From the sequence record KX130862: a stretch of 64,000 nt of DNA. One strand, 5' to 3'. The notes beneath the pieces were generated by a model. It saw only the letters and a list, made by a program, of their open reading frames with translations, was not told the origin of the DNA and did not search any database. Position numbers and translations under genes: made by a program. This document shows positions 55,043 through 64,000 of this stretch, piece by piece; the stretch's first letter is position 1, and the number at the start of each line of letters is the position of its first letter. The stretch comes from Shigella phage SHFML-26.

Positions 55043-55405
55043 TTAAAAGAATTTAAATTTTTTCTTTGACCTTTTATTAAATGCATCTTGTAGTTGCATT
55101 GTAATACATTTTTCTACATGAGGAGCTAACTCAGCTTTTCTTTCTTGGTCAAGAACAGCAAAGTCCATTACGACTTTTCCATCAACCCAATCTAATTTTG
55201 TCACATACACAATGTGTGTAGAACCGTCTTCTAGTTTAATGACAATCTCCTGGATAACATTTTCCATAGCGGATTTAATTATCTTAAGAGACTCATTAAA
55301 AAGACGTTCTTTTCTTTCTTCTTCCCCCTCCGAAGAGGGGGATTCATCGATAATTTCTAGATCTAAATCTAAATCATCTTTATTCATTAAATTCTTCCAT
55401 ATCAC
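55043..55405 (-). CDS. 40: acidic 120-aa protein, gp40-like by position
   Basis: Between uvsX and 41 as T4 gene 40. Confidence 0.55.
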   Translation of the reverse strand: MIWKNLMNKDDLDLDLEIIDESPSSEGEEERKERLFNESLKIIKSAMENVIQEIVIKLEDGSTHIVYVTKLDWVDGKVVMDFAVLDQERKAELAPHVEKCITMQLQDAFNKRSKKKFKFF

Positions 55406-56561
55406 TTAACTGCTCGAGGTCAGTTTCTAAATCAGCAGCTGATTTACTTTTACTTTCTGGAGATTTAAATTTTTCAACCTTTGAGTTAATCAATTCATCA
55501 ACTTCAGCTTCAACAATTTCATTACTATCAATAGCACCTAACTGATAAGCACGTTTAATAGCATCTCGGAATGGTTGATGCTTAAATAAAGGACCCCAGA
55601 ATGTAGTGCAGTTGGTATCTTTTGCACGCCAAGATTTTTCTTCGCGAATCATCTCACCGGTTTCTTCATCAAGAAATTCACGAGCATACCAGCCATTTTT
55701 AGGTTTTACCACGAATCCTAATTCTAGAGCCATATCTAACAATCCAGAATAAGGATCGATACCACCGTCAAATTTAACATCAATAAAGAATTTACTTTTT
55801 TCTTTAACGGTACGAGATTTTTCTACATTTAGAACAAATTGATACCCCTGAAGATCGGAACCATCTTTAATCTGGCGCTTACCGATAATGAATACAGTAT
55901 CAGCCGAATACATTACGCCTGTACCACCTGTCATCACGGTTTTACTAAACATTTCGATTGTTTCAATTGTATGGTTAACCGCAACACATGGAATATTTTT
56001 AATGCTAAAATAAGGAGTAACAATACGGAATAATGACTTCAGTGATTTAGCACGAGTCATATCTGCCACAGATTTTTCATTCAAGGCATCTTCCGTTTCT
56101 TTCTTAGAAGCCATATTACCAATTGAGTCGATGAATACAATAACTTTTTCACCACGCTCAATAGCTTCAAGCTGATTCACCATATCAATTTTCAGCTGTT
56201 CAACTGACTGGATTGGTGTGTGAATTACTCGTTCCGGGTCAACTCCCATGGATCGCAAATAAGCTGGAGTAATACCAAATTCGCTATCATAGAATAGACA
56301 AACCGCGTCAGGATATTTGTTCAAATACGCCGCAACCATAGTCAAAGACATATTTGATTTAAAGTGTTTAGAAGGACCTGCAAAAATGGTTAAACCAGAC
56401 TGCATACCACCGTCAATCGCACCTGAAATAGCGATATTAAGCATTGGGATTTTTGTACGGATTACATCCTTTTCATTAAAGAATTTAGATGTAGTCAGTT
56501 CAGCAGTCATTTTAGAAGTGGAAGCTTTAATCAAACGGGATTTTAAATCTGCAATAGACAT
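55380..56561 (-). CDS. uvsX: RecA-like recombinase UvsX
   Basis: 393 aa MSIADLKSRLIKASTSKMTAELTTSKFFNEKD...; C-terminus identical to T4 UvsX as recalled. Confidence 0.95.
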   Translation of the reverse strand: MSIADLKSRLIKASTSKMTAELTTSKFFNEKDVIRTKIPMLNIAISGAIDGGMQSGLTIFAGPSKHFKSNMSLTMVAAYLNKYPDAVCLFYDSEFGITPAYLRSMGVDPERVIHTPIQSVEQLKIDMVNQLEAIERGEKVIVFIDSIGNMASKKETEDALNEKSVADMTRAKSLKSLFRIVTPYFSIKNIPCVAVNHTIETIEMFSKTVMTGGTGVMYSADTVFIIGKRQIKDGSDLQGYQFVLNVEKSRTVKEKSKFFIDVKFDGGIDPYSGLLDMALELGFVVKPKNGWYAREFLDEETGEMIREEKSWRAKDTNCTTFWGPLFKHQPFRDAIKRAYQLGAIDSNEIVEAEVDELINSKVEKFKSPESKSKSAADLETDLEQLSDMEEFNE

Positions 56562-56638
56562 TCATTTTTTCCATAGGCATCATTATATTTTCCTCACTGG
56601 TTAAAGATAGAGTAATTATAACACAATAAATTTAGGCA

Positions 56639-57487
56639 TTAATCAACTGCTATTGGATGAATAGCATTAAACTTATGAAACGCTTCTGATTTTTCTTTGC
56701 GCGAAACACACATGCGAAGAACCTTTAATGGCTCGTCTTCTTCACCTAATGATTTTCGTTTTTCAATATTAGAAGTTTTCCAACGAGCTTGCTCTGGAAA
56801 CTCTCTATTGATTTGCTCAAGCGCTCTATTATGTTTAGAATTACTACGAATTGAGCTACATCCGCCTGGAGCTTGCGCTTTTCCAGATACAACCAGATAT
56901 TTGAACAAGGCCAAATGCGGATAACCTTGATTAATTAAATTGAGAAATGCATACATATCTTCGCATAAATCAATTTTTCCATACCCAATTTGTTCTGTTG
57001 TAAGTTTTCCAAGGTCATACCAAGTATTCGTGAATCCATATGAATTTTCACGATAATTACCCCAAGATGAAGTAATTTTAAAAATTGGTAAACGAGCATG
57101 ACCATGATAATACCCGCAATCCATGGCATCTTCAACGTATTGAATCAATTCATAGAACTGTTCACGAGTTAGCTGATTAATTTTATCTACGCAGCGACGA
57201 TCATCTTTCTTTCGCATTGAACTCATACGAATAGTAGTATCATCATCAATCATCCAAATTCGTTGACCTGCATACATATCAGTAATTGCTTTACGAGTAC
57301 CAGCAATTCCGTTAACATCATCAGGAATAGTTATAATTTTAGCTCTAGACCCGTAAGCGTCATAATAAGCTTTTTCTTCGTGTTCACGCACTACAATATG
57401 AGGTTCATAATCAGTCGGAAACATATCAAGGGCAGAAACTGCCCCTACGCGTTGATAGCTTGGAATTACGAATTGAATCATTTCCAC
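56639..57487 (-). CDS. putative glycosyltransferase (DXD motif) at the position of T4 beta-glucosyltransferase
   Basis: 282 aa with WMIDDDTT DXD-like motif; does not match T4 beta-gt as recalled; adjacent to gene 42. Confidence 0.5.
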   Translation of the reverse strand: MEMIQFVIPSYQRVGAVSALDMFPTDYEPHIVVREHEEKAYYDAYGSRAKIITIPDDVNGIAGTRKAITDMYAGQRIWMIDDDTTIRMSSMRKKDDRRCVDKINQLTREQFYELIQYVEDAMDCGYYHGHARLPIFKITSSWGNYRENSYGFTNTWYDLGKLTTEQIGYGKIDLCEDMYAFLNLINQGYPHLALFKYLVVSGKAQAPGGCSSIRSNSKHNRALEQINREFPEQARWKTSNIEKRKSLGEEDEPLKVLRMCVSRKEKSEAFHKFNAIHPIAVD

Positions 57488-58218
57488 TCACCGTTATAAT
57501 CTTTTTTCGCAATATGAGTTTCGCCAGTTTTCCACCAATGGTCAACCAAATAAAAATGACGGGAATACACATGAAGGCTCCCGACATTCCATATAATGGA
57601 ACCTGCTTTATACTGACGAGTTGAATCACCTGCATTCAAATCAGATACTAATTTATCTAGTACGTATTTTTGCCATGCATAATCATTACGGAATCCGAAA
57701 ACCACGTCATTTGAACGCATGCTTACTACTGCATTGACTTTCTTGTCACGAATCAGATACTGTACGGTATTCGTACACATGAAATCTGACATACCATCTT
57801 TATTGTAGTCAAACTGCATAGATGGACGAGTATAAATCATGATACCACGTCGAGAATCAGGATTTTGACCAAGTTCAGCTAGACACATATCATATTGAGC
57901 ATAGTTATCTTCTGACCAGATAGCCCAACCATAATTCGAGTTAATTTCACCTTTAGAAGATGCTACCTGCTGCCAAATCTTTGGTGTTTCACCTGGAATA
58001 TCTTTAACAAACAAGCTCTTAGATTTATACCATTCAAGTTCACGCTGGATGTATTCATCATTAAGAGCGCCAAAAATAAACGGTTCATCTGCTACAAATG
58101 ATGCGCCAATAATTTCAATAGTTTTAACGCCAGTTTTATCAACTACGAAATCTTTTTCTTTTAATGCAAGCCCCAAATGAAGACGGATTTCTTCAACTGT
58201 CATAGAGTCACTAATCAT
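57478..58218 (-). CDS. 42: dCMP hydroxymethylase gp42
   Basis: 246 aa thymidylate-synthase-fold enzyme MISDSMTVEEIRLHLGLALKEKDFVVDKTGVKTIEIIGASF... Confidence 0.9.
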   Translation of the reverse strand: MISDSMTVEEIRLHLGLALKEKDFVVDKTGVKTIEIIGASFVADEPFIFGALNDEYIQRELEWYKSKSLFVKDIPGETPKIWQQVASSKGEINSNYGWAIWSEDNYAQYDMCLAELGQNPDSRRGIMIYTRPSMQFDYNKDGMSDFMCTNTVQYLIRDKKVNAVVSMRSNDVVFGFRNDYAWQKYVLDKLVSDLNAGDSTRQYKAGSIIWNVGSLHVYSRHFYLVDHWWKTGETHIAKKDYNGEWK

Positions 58219-58371
58219 TTAAACCTCAATTGATACATTCATATTTAACTTGTAACAGTAATAAACCCCAACCTAAAATAATAGTTGGAATCATAAGAGG
58301 AACCGTTACACTATAGTATATACTTATTATAATCATCAAGATTAAAAGCAATACTGCTAAAATTTTGCTTT

Positions 58372-58623
58372 TCATTCCTTCTCTCTGATGATAATTACCT
58401 GATTTGGCTGTGCAGACTTTTTGGTTTCACCCGCAATTGACCAAATAAAGGTAATAAACCAACCAATAATTGACCAGTTAAACAGTAAAGATGTAAAAAA
58501 GATTCCTACTGTCGATTTTGACCCACGCATCAAGGCGATGAACCATGGAAGCATGTATATAATAATAGCCAACACGCCTGAAACTAAAACCATAAAAATT
58601 GAACCTGCTACTAAAGTTTCCAT
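58372..58623 (-). CDS. imm: immunity (superinfection exclusion) membrane protein Imm
   Basis: 83 aa with two TM segments METLVAGSIFMVLVSGVLAIIIYMLPWFIALMRG... Confidence 0.8.
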   Translation of the reverse strand: METLVAGSIFMVLVSGVLAIIIYMLPWFIALMRGSKSTVGIFFTSLLFNWSIIGWFITFIWSIAGETKKSAQPNQVIIIREKE

Positions 58624-58630
58624 GTTTTCC

Positions 58631-59023
58631 TCACTTAGTCAAATTTTTTACGCATGAATTATAAGAATTCACTACATACTCCATCGGAGCATTTTTACCA
58701 GTACGCCATTGGTAATTATTAGCCCAATTAGCCCAAAGTTCGGCACAGTAGTTTTCAATTTTTTCTTCGCGTGTAATTACATCTGAATTACGATACGCTT
58801 GAGCAGATTCATCTGGACGAATAGCTTCGTCAAAATTCGCCTGCATTTGTTCTACTGTCTGTTTTGGAGCCTCTTTATAACACTTAACATTAGGATTATA
58901 AAATTTGCTTGAACAATTTACAATTTTTCCTACATCAGACTGATTTACTACCGGTCCTTGAGCTACACAACCAGTAAGACCTAATGCAATAACCAAAATA
59001 GCGATTTTCATTTTACTCTCCAA
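58631..59023 (-). CDS. putative lipoprotein (130 aa)
   Basis: Signal peptide with lipobox LGLTGC. Confidence 0.5.
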   Translation of the reverse strand: MESKMKIAILVIALGLTGCVAQGPVVNQSDVGKIVNCSSKFYNPNVKCYKEAPKQTVEQMQANFDEAIRPDESAQAYRNSDVITREEKIENYCAELWANWANNYQWRTGKNAPMEYVVNSYNSCVKNLTK

Positions 59024-59044
59024 ATCCGTATCAGTTGATAGTTG

Positions 59045-59075
59045 TATAGTACCATGGAAGAACAGGGATGTAAAC
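59045..59075 (-). promoter_or_regulatory. T4-type early promoter
   Basis: Reverse complement contains GTTTACA -35 and TACTAT -10 in the conserved motif. Confidence 0.5.
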
Positions 59076-59195
59076 CGTTTTAGTTGAAAAATTTTTAAAT
59101 TGAATCCAAAGGGTCCAGAATCATCTGTTTTTCATAAGTATAGATTTATATTACTTGTATGAAAAAGGGACCCGGAGGTCCCTAGATTTATTCTA

Positions 59196-61706
59196 TCAGC
59201 CAAACAGGAAGTCTAACGAAGCTTTTTCTTCATAGTCCATACCTGCCGATTCACACATACCTGCAAGCGGCTTAACAAACGATTTTTGGAACAAAGTTGA
59301 GTAGTCAATCCAAGATAGTACGTCAGAACGAATTTCTTTTGGAAGTTCTGTACCTGATGGCCAAGCAATGCACTTGTCACCAAATGGATTTCCTTCACGT
59401 AATGGAAGAACCATTACTTTATTTCCATCCAAAATTGGAGCTACACCTAAACCACTAACAGCTCGACGATAAGTTAGCACACCACGAATATGGAATGGGC
59501 ATTTAAATCCTGGCCAACCTTTATCATCATATTTCGCTATATCGTTCGCAGTTTTTACTTCAGCAATAACTTTATAGTCAAGTTGACGATATTCTTTCTC
59601 GAAGTTCTTGTAGTATTCTTGGACAGACTCTTCACCTTCCTGAAGAATACGACGAATACTTTCTTCGAGAGCTTCTTGCACCGCTTTTGGTGTTGAACTC
59701 TGCTGAGTTTCCATACCCATGATTTTTAGATGCGGTTCGGCAAATCGCTTATCTTCCATATCATAAACGTTCAGAGCATAACGTTTTTTCGCTTTCCAAA
59801 ATCCACCAACACCCTTTGAACCAAGCGGAGGGCAAGAAATAGCTTCACGGTCCATATGCATCAGATGCTCGCGGTTATTCATATAATCACATAACTCACG
59901 ATATGCAACATCAATCATAGGTTCCATCTTTTTCTTACCAAACTGATTCATGAATTCAACTAAATCATTTTGTTCTTTAAAGCGGTCAAGACCTACTTTT
60001 TCAATTACTTTATCTACACAAACATATACCGAATCAGTATCACCTGCTGCGATGAAATCTTCACCATTAGTTCCACATACTTTATTCAGATATTCATTAA
60101 TTTTGCGAGCAATCCATTGAATACCGACTTGACCGAAAATTGTGATAGCAGTAGCATTTCGCAAATCATAGTAGCGGAAATGAATATTACCAAGAGCACC
60201 ATAAAGACTGTTAATAAGAATTTTACGGTTCAACTGATTTGTGTTAGCAAGTGTAGCAGCTTTTTCACATTCTTCAATCAGACTGTTAAGAACAGATTCG
60301 GTGTAATTCGATAATTCGTTTAAGAAATCATCATTGAACTTAACATATCGTTCAACTTCCGGTTTAGTTGAACAGGACCCTGCGCCTTTCATAATAATCT
60401 TTTTAATAGCTTCGGCATTCATTTCTTCAGCGAACATTTTCTTTTTCCAATCTTTACGCTGGAAAAATACTTTAGCGATTTCCTTTGGAATGATACCTTC
60501 TTGATGCTTATCATACATCCATCCATTCGGAGAACAAGAATATTCATCACTCGGTTTAGGAGCTGTTCCTGCGATATATTCATGAATTGGATGAACTTTA
60601 AACTGCCCACGAATAGTCTCAGGACTAATGTTAACCTGACGAATAATGCTCGGATACAGAGACGTCAAGTCAAAACTCATAATATATCGACGAGCAATTG
60701 GTTTAGGTTCAAATACAAATGCACCCGGAAAACTCTGTTTAACGTGCGAACCTTGTTGAGGAATAACCTTATGTTCACCTTTCAATGAGTTAAAAATAAT
60801 AGCATCCCAAGTTTTAATAGGACTCATTACACCAGAAAAAGGCATTTTAGCATAATAAGACATACTTAAAACTAGATCGATAAACCCGCGAATTTTATCA
60901 ATTGCTTGAACTGATTCTACGTCAATGATGTTATAACTAATGTATCGTTGATGATTAGTCTCACGAAGTTTATTAATAGGACCGTCGTATGGTAATTTAC
61001 CTTTTTTGGTTTCATGTTGAGCAACTGATTCCAAAGAGAATGACGGCAAATTAGTAAATGCGAATTTCTTATACAAATCTAAATAATCAAGAATAGATAC
61101 GCCATCAATAGAATAAATTTCTTTGCTACCGTACATATTTTGAATTAGTTTAGATTTTACCCGACCGATTGGAGAGAAACGTTTCATACTGCGTTCACCT
61201 AGAATCATTTTAACGCGATTCATAATATATGGAACGTCAAACCCCTCAATATTCCAACCAGTAAAAATAGCAGGTCGTTTCTGTTCCCAGAGATTGATAT
61301 ATTCCATGAGCATATCACGCTCATTATCGAATGGCATATAAATTACTCGGTCAAGAATTTCTTGAGGAACTTCATCACCACCTTCACAGTCAAGCTTAGC
61401 AGCTAACTTTGCATCCCATTTTGATACTGAACCGTACATTGAATTCAAAAGGTCGAAAACATAAAAACGATCATCAATTGAATCGTAATGAGTGATAGCA
61501 TCAATTTCATATTCAGCTTTCATTGGGTCAGGAAATTTATCACCAGTAACCTCAATGTCACAGTTAGCTACACGAACAAATTTTCGGTCATAAACAATTT
61601 CTGAACCATACGTATCACTGATATAAGCGAGTTTAAAATCGTTCATACCGAGAGCTTCGAGACCGATGTCTTCCATTCGTTTCATCCAATCTCGAGCATA
61701 TTTCAT
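59196..61706 (-). CDS. 43: DNA polymerase gp43 (ORF as called; canonical N-terminal ~63 codons lie upstream and are interrupted)
   Basis: 836-aa family-B polymerase starting MKYARDWMKRMEDIGLEALGMNDFKLAY..., corresponding to T4 gp43 from about residue 63. Confidence 0.9.
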   Translation of the reverse strand: MKYARDWMKRMEDIGLEALGMNDFKLAYISDTYGSEIVYDRKFVRVANCDIEVTGDKFPDPMKAEYEIDAITHYDSIDDRFYVFDLLNSMYGSVSKWDAKLAAKLDCEGGDEVPQEILDRVIYMPFDNERDMLMEYINLWEQKRPAIFTGWNIEGFDVPYIMNRVKMILGERSMKRFSPIGRVKSKLIQNMYGSKEIYSIDGVSILDYLDLYKKFAFTNLPSFSLESVAQHETKKGKLPYDGPINKLRETNHQRYISYNIIDVESVQAIDKIRGFIDLVLSMSYYAKMPFSGVMSPIKTWDAIIFNSLKGEHKVIPQQGSHVKQSFPGAFVFEPKPIARRYIMSFDLTSLYPSIIRQVNISPETIRGQFKVHPIHEYIAGTAPKPSDEYSCSPNGWMYDKHQEGIIPKEIAKVFFQRKDWKKKMFAEEMNAEAIKKIIMKGAGSCSTKPEVERYVKFNDDFLNELSNYTESVLNSLIEECEKAATLANTNQLNRKILINSLYGALGNIHFRYYDLRNATAITIFGQVGIQWIARKINEYLNKVCGTNGEDFIAAGDTDSVYVCVDKVIEKVGLDRFKEQNDLVEFMNQFGKKKMEPMIDVAYRELCDYMNNREHLMHMDREAISCPPLGSKGVGGFWKAKKRYALNVYDMEDKRFAEPHLKIMGMETQQSSTPKAVQEALEESIRRILQEGEESVQEYYKNFEKEYRQLDYKVIAEVKTANDIAKYDDKGWPGFKCPFHIRGVLTYRRAVSGLGVAPILDGNKVMVLPLREGNPFGDKCIAWPSGTELPKEIRSDVLSWIDYSTLFQKSFVKPLAGMCESAGMDYEEKASLDFLFG

Positions 61707-61895
61707 TGATGGTAAATTTTTGAGGTAGCGCTAGTTTTTACCATAGATGTCTTTGTACTTTGACTCTTCCTTACAATGCCTAAACATAGTTGGAAGATAT
61801 TCTACTTCACGAGTACGTTCCTTTCCGTTTTCATCAATATAACGTTCAACAATGTTATTTCCGACTGTTTCAATAGAGATATAAAATTCTTTCAT
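61707..61895 (-). other. 43: interrupted 5' segment of gene 43 (54 codons, TAG, 8 codons, in frame with the main ORF)
   Basis: Reverse complement encodes [65 protein letters not shown]; coordinates approximate. Confidence 0.6.
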
Positions 61896-61953
61896 AGATA
61901 TTCCTTAGTTTATAGCCCGAGTTATTAGGCTCTTGATATATTATACTCCAAAT

Positions 61954-61971
61954 AAGGGGCCGAAGCCCCTT
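61954..61971 (-). other. RNA stem-loop (UUCG loop) upstream of gene 43
   Basis: aaGGGGCcgaaGCCCCtt palindrome about 60 nt upstream of the MKEFYISIE start. Confidence 0.45.
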
Positions 61972-61973
61972 GC

Positions 61974-62195
61974 TTAAATTAGTACTATTTGTCGGTGAAA
62001 AATTGTCATTCCATCTGCATTAATTGACTTAACGACCGCAGTAAAGTGTTTTTGTTCTGGGTGAATTAATTTTTGAAATTCTACCTGAAATTTTAGTTGA
62101 AGGTTTTCTGGTAAATCGAAAAGTGTTTCTGTTGCAGAAAGATTATATTTTTCTTTAAGAGACGCCATGTATTCTTGTGGAGTTATAGCAGTCAT
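61974..62195 (-). CDS. small hypothetical protein (73 aa) between regA remnant and gene 43
   Basis: MTAITPQEYMASLKEKYNLSATETLFDLPENLQLKFQ...; ATG 2 nt after the regA-frame stop; does not resemble gp62 as recalled. Confidence 0.4.
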   Translation of the reverse strand: MTAITPQEYMASLKEKYNLSATETLFDLPENLQLKFQVEFQKLIHPEQKHFTAVVKSINADGMTIFHRQIVLI

Positions 62196-62196
62196 A

Positions 62197-62976
62197 TTAA
62201 TTACCAATCGTATATTTAGGAACGAGTTTCCATTCATGCTTTTGTTTAAAAGAAATAACTCGGAAGTTATTAGTTAAATCTTTCATAAAAGTTCTTTGAC
62301 CAGGAACGATTTCAATCAGTCCCCAATCTTCTAATAGCCATGCAATCGAATCACGACGAACTTCATCTTCTTCTGTCATTTCAACTTGGCGACCATCCAT
62401 ACGAAGCATTTCTTTAAAATGAACGATATAGTGCTTGCAGATTTCAGTCAATCGACGAATCATCTGCTTCATCATTTCAATTTTATCTTCATCGGTCGGT
62501 TGACCGAACGTAATAACTCGGCAGCGTGACTGAAGTGGTTTAATAATACCATCAATATTATTAGCAGTAATAATAATACTGCAGTTTGAACTATAAGCTT
62601 CCATAAAGGAACGAAGATGTCGCTGAGACTCTGCTAACCCTGAGCGGTCAAATTCATCAATAACGATTACTTTTTGACGACCATCAAATGAAGCTGCACT
62701 AGCAAAATTAGTCAAAGGACCACGAACGAAATCAATTTTACAGTCTGATCCATTCACAAACATCATATCAGCATTTACATCATGACACAATGCTTTTGCT
62801 ACAGTTGTTTTACCTGTTCCTGGAGAAGGAGAATGAAGAATAATATGTGGAATTTTACCTTTACTTGTAATAGATTTAAAGGTTTCTTTATCAAAGGCGG
62901 GAAGAATACATTCATCGATAGTAGATGGACGATATTTCTGTTCAAGAATGTGTTCTTTTTCATTTACAGTAATCAT
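62197..62976 (-). CDS. 44: in-frame fusion ORF: clamp-loader gp44 N-terminal ~185 aa joined to RegA C-terminal ~76 aa
   Basis: MITVNEKEHILEQKYRP...SPSPGTGKTT...DEFD...SRC...MIRRLTEICKH then YIVHFKEMLRMDGRQVEMTEEDEV...KYTIGN without a stop. Confidence 0.8.
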   Translation of the reverse strand: MITVNEKEHILEQKYRPSTIDECILPAFDKETFKSITSKGKIPHIILHSPSPGTGKTTVAKALCHDVNADMMFVNGSDCKIDFVRGPLTNFASAASFDGRQKVIVIDEFDRSGLAESQRHLRSFMEAYSSNCSIIITANNIDGIIKPLQSRCRVITFGQPTDEDKIEMMKQMIRRLTEICKHYIVHFKEMLRMDGRQVEMTEEDEVRRDSIAWLLEDWGLIEIVPGQRTFMKDLTNNFRVISFKQKHEWKLVPKYTIGN

Positions 62977-63008
62977 AATTTCCTCATTCAAGTTTTAGTG
63001 TAAATTAT

Positions 63009-63026
63009 AAAGGGCCGAAGCCCTTT
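63009..63026 (-). other. RNA stem-loop (UUCG loop) between genes 45 and 44
   Basis: aaaGGGCcgaaGCCCttt palindrome. Confidence 0.45.
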
Positions 63027-63027
63027 A

Positions 63028-63714
63028 TTAAAAATCGTGGGTAGAATCAGCTTCAAGAGCTACTACATAATTCGCATGTTCACCTTCAAATTTAGCAGCA
63101 CCTTGTTTACCTTTTGCCCAGAGCAGAAGTTTATAATTTCCTGGTTGCATTTTCATATTTGCCATGTTGATAATGAAATTAAATGTATTTTCACCATCAT
63201 AATCACCAAGAGTCAAAGAATATTTAACACGGGTCAAAGCAGAATCTTCTACTTTATTAAAACCGTTAATTACGATTTTACCTTCTTTTACTGTGATAGC
63301 AATTGTATCAATCTGCAGACCACGAGATACACGCAACAGCTGTTGAAGGTCTTCAGCTTTAATTTCAGTAACAACAGATGCTACCGGGAATGGAATTGGT
63401 TTATTAGGAGCAACTACTGTGCTCGGATCAGCTGCTGGCCAAAAAATTGTTGAACGAGCATCAGCAATTTTAATATTTCCATCTTCTGACTGGGAAATTT
63501 CTGCATCGTCATTAACTAGGGACAGAATACCGAGAAAACCGTTCAAATCGTAAATTGCTACATCAAAATCAATAGTGTCAGAAATATTTGCTTCCGCATA
63601 AGTTGTACCATTAACTGCGCGAGTCATAATAAATTGACCAGATTTAAGCATAATGCCAGAGTTAATAGTAGCGAAATTTTTAAGCAGAGCAGTAGTATCT
63701 TTAGACAGTTTCAT
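63028..63714 (-). CDS. 45: sliding clamp gp45
   Basis: 228 aa MKLSKDTTALLKNFATINSGIMLKSGQFIMTRAVNGTTYAEANISDTIDFD... Confidence 0.95.
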   Translation of the reverse strand: MKLSKDTTALLKNFATINSGIMLKSGQFIMTRAVNGTTYAEANISDTIDFDVAIYDLNGFLGILSLVNDDAEISQSEDGNIKIADARSTIFWPAADPSTVVAPNKPIPFPVASVVTEIKAEDLQQLLRVSRGLQIDTIAITVKEGKIVINGFNKVEDSALTRVKYSLTLGDYDGENTFNFIINMANMKMQPGNYKLLLWAKGKQGAAKFEGEHANYVVALEADSTHDF

Positions 63715-63768
63715 GTAATTTCCTTCAATTCAAATGAGATTTAATTTTATAACTAATTTAATAAAGCA

Positions 63769-64000
63769 ATTAACGATTAAAATCGGCAGCAATTGTTTCC
63801 GCAACAATTTGAGCAGCAACAATTAGACGTTCATCTGCATTACCACAATAATCATCTTCAAGACGTTCACCACATGAAGTCATAATAAATTTAGCACCAG
63901 CATTTAGAGATTCTGTAGTATGTTTGCGCATTAGTTCAATCCATTTATTACTTACTTCACGATCGATAGCTTCATAATACGCATGACGAGCAGGTGCAGA
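63769..64000 (-). CDS. hypothetical protein, N-terminus beyond window end (RpbA position)
   Basis: Open frame from 64000 to stop at 63769-63771 ending ...[17 protein letters not shown]; upstream of gene 45. Confidence 0.4.

Noticed and set aside
61954-61971. Hairpin considered as the gp43 translational operator or a rho-independent terminator
   Set aside because: It lies about 60 nt upstream of the gene 43 ATG and is not followed by a U-run; more consistent with the generic UUCG intercistronic hairpins seen throughout the window.

Overview
This window is a contiguous stretch of a T-even (T4-like, Tequatrovirus-type) phage genome, running from gene 63 (rnlA) across the rIIB/rIIA region to gene 45 and a partial ORF at the right edge. 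Gene content and order follow the T4 map: a minus-strand early/middle block (rnlA, denA, nrdB, mobE, nrdA, td, frd, 32, segG-like, 59, 33, dsbA, rnh), a plus-strand late block (tail fibre genes 34-35-36-37-38 and holin t), then a long minus-strand block (asiA, motA, 52, ac, stp, ndd, denB, rIIB, rIIA, 39, dexA, dda, modA, modB, soc, 56, 61, dmd, 41, 40, uvsX, 42, imm, 43, 44, 45). It is not T4 itself: gene 39 is one uninterrupted ORF, gp38 is a T2-type glycine-rich adhesin, gp37 ends in a chaperone-like domain, the nrdB intron carries a full-length I-TevIII, and a DXD-motif glycosyltransferase sits where T4 has beta-gt. The most striking observations are three lesions in DNA-metabolism genes: an in-frame fusion of the gp44 N-terminus to the RegA C-terminus with no gene 62, a TAG plus three apparent single-A insertions near codon 55 of gene 43, and an in-frame TAA inside nrdA. 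These suggest a defective, mutant or engineered genome, or assembly error. No CRISPR array, tRNA, integrase or bacterial defence system was found. All protein comparisons are from memory of T4 sequences; hand-placed coordinates for small features may be off by 1-2 nt.
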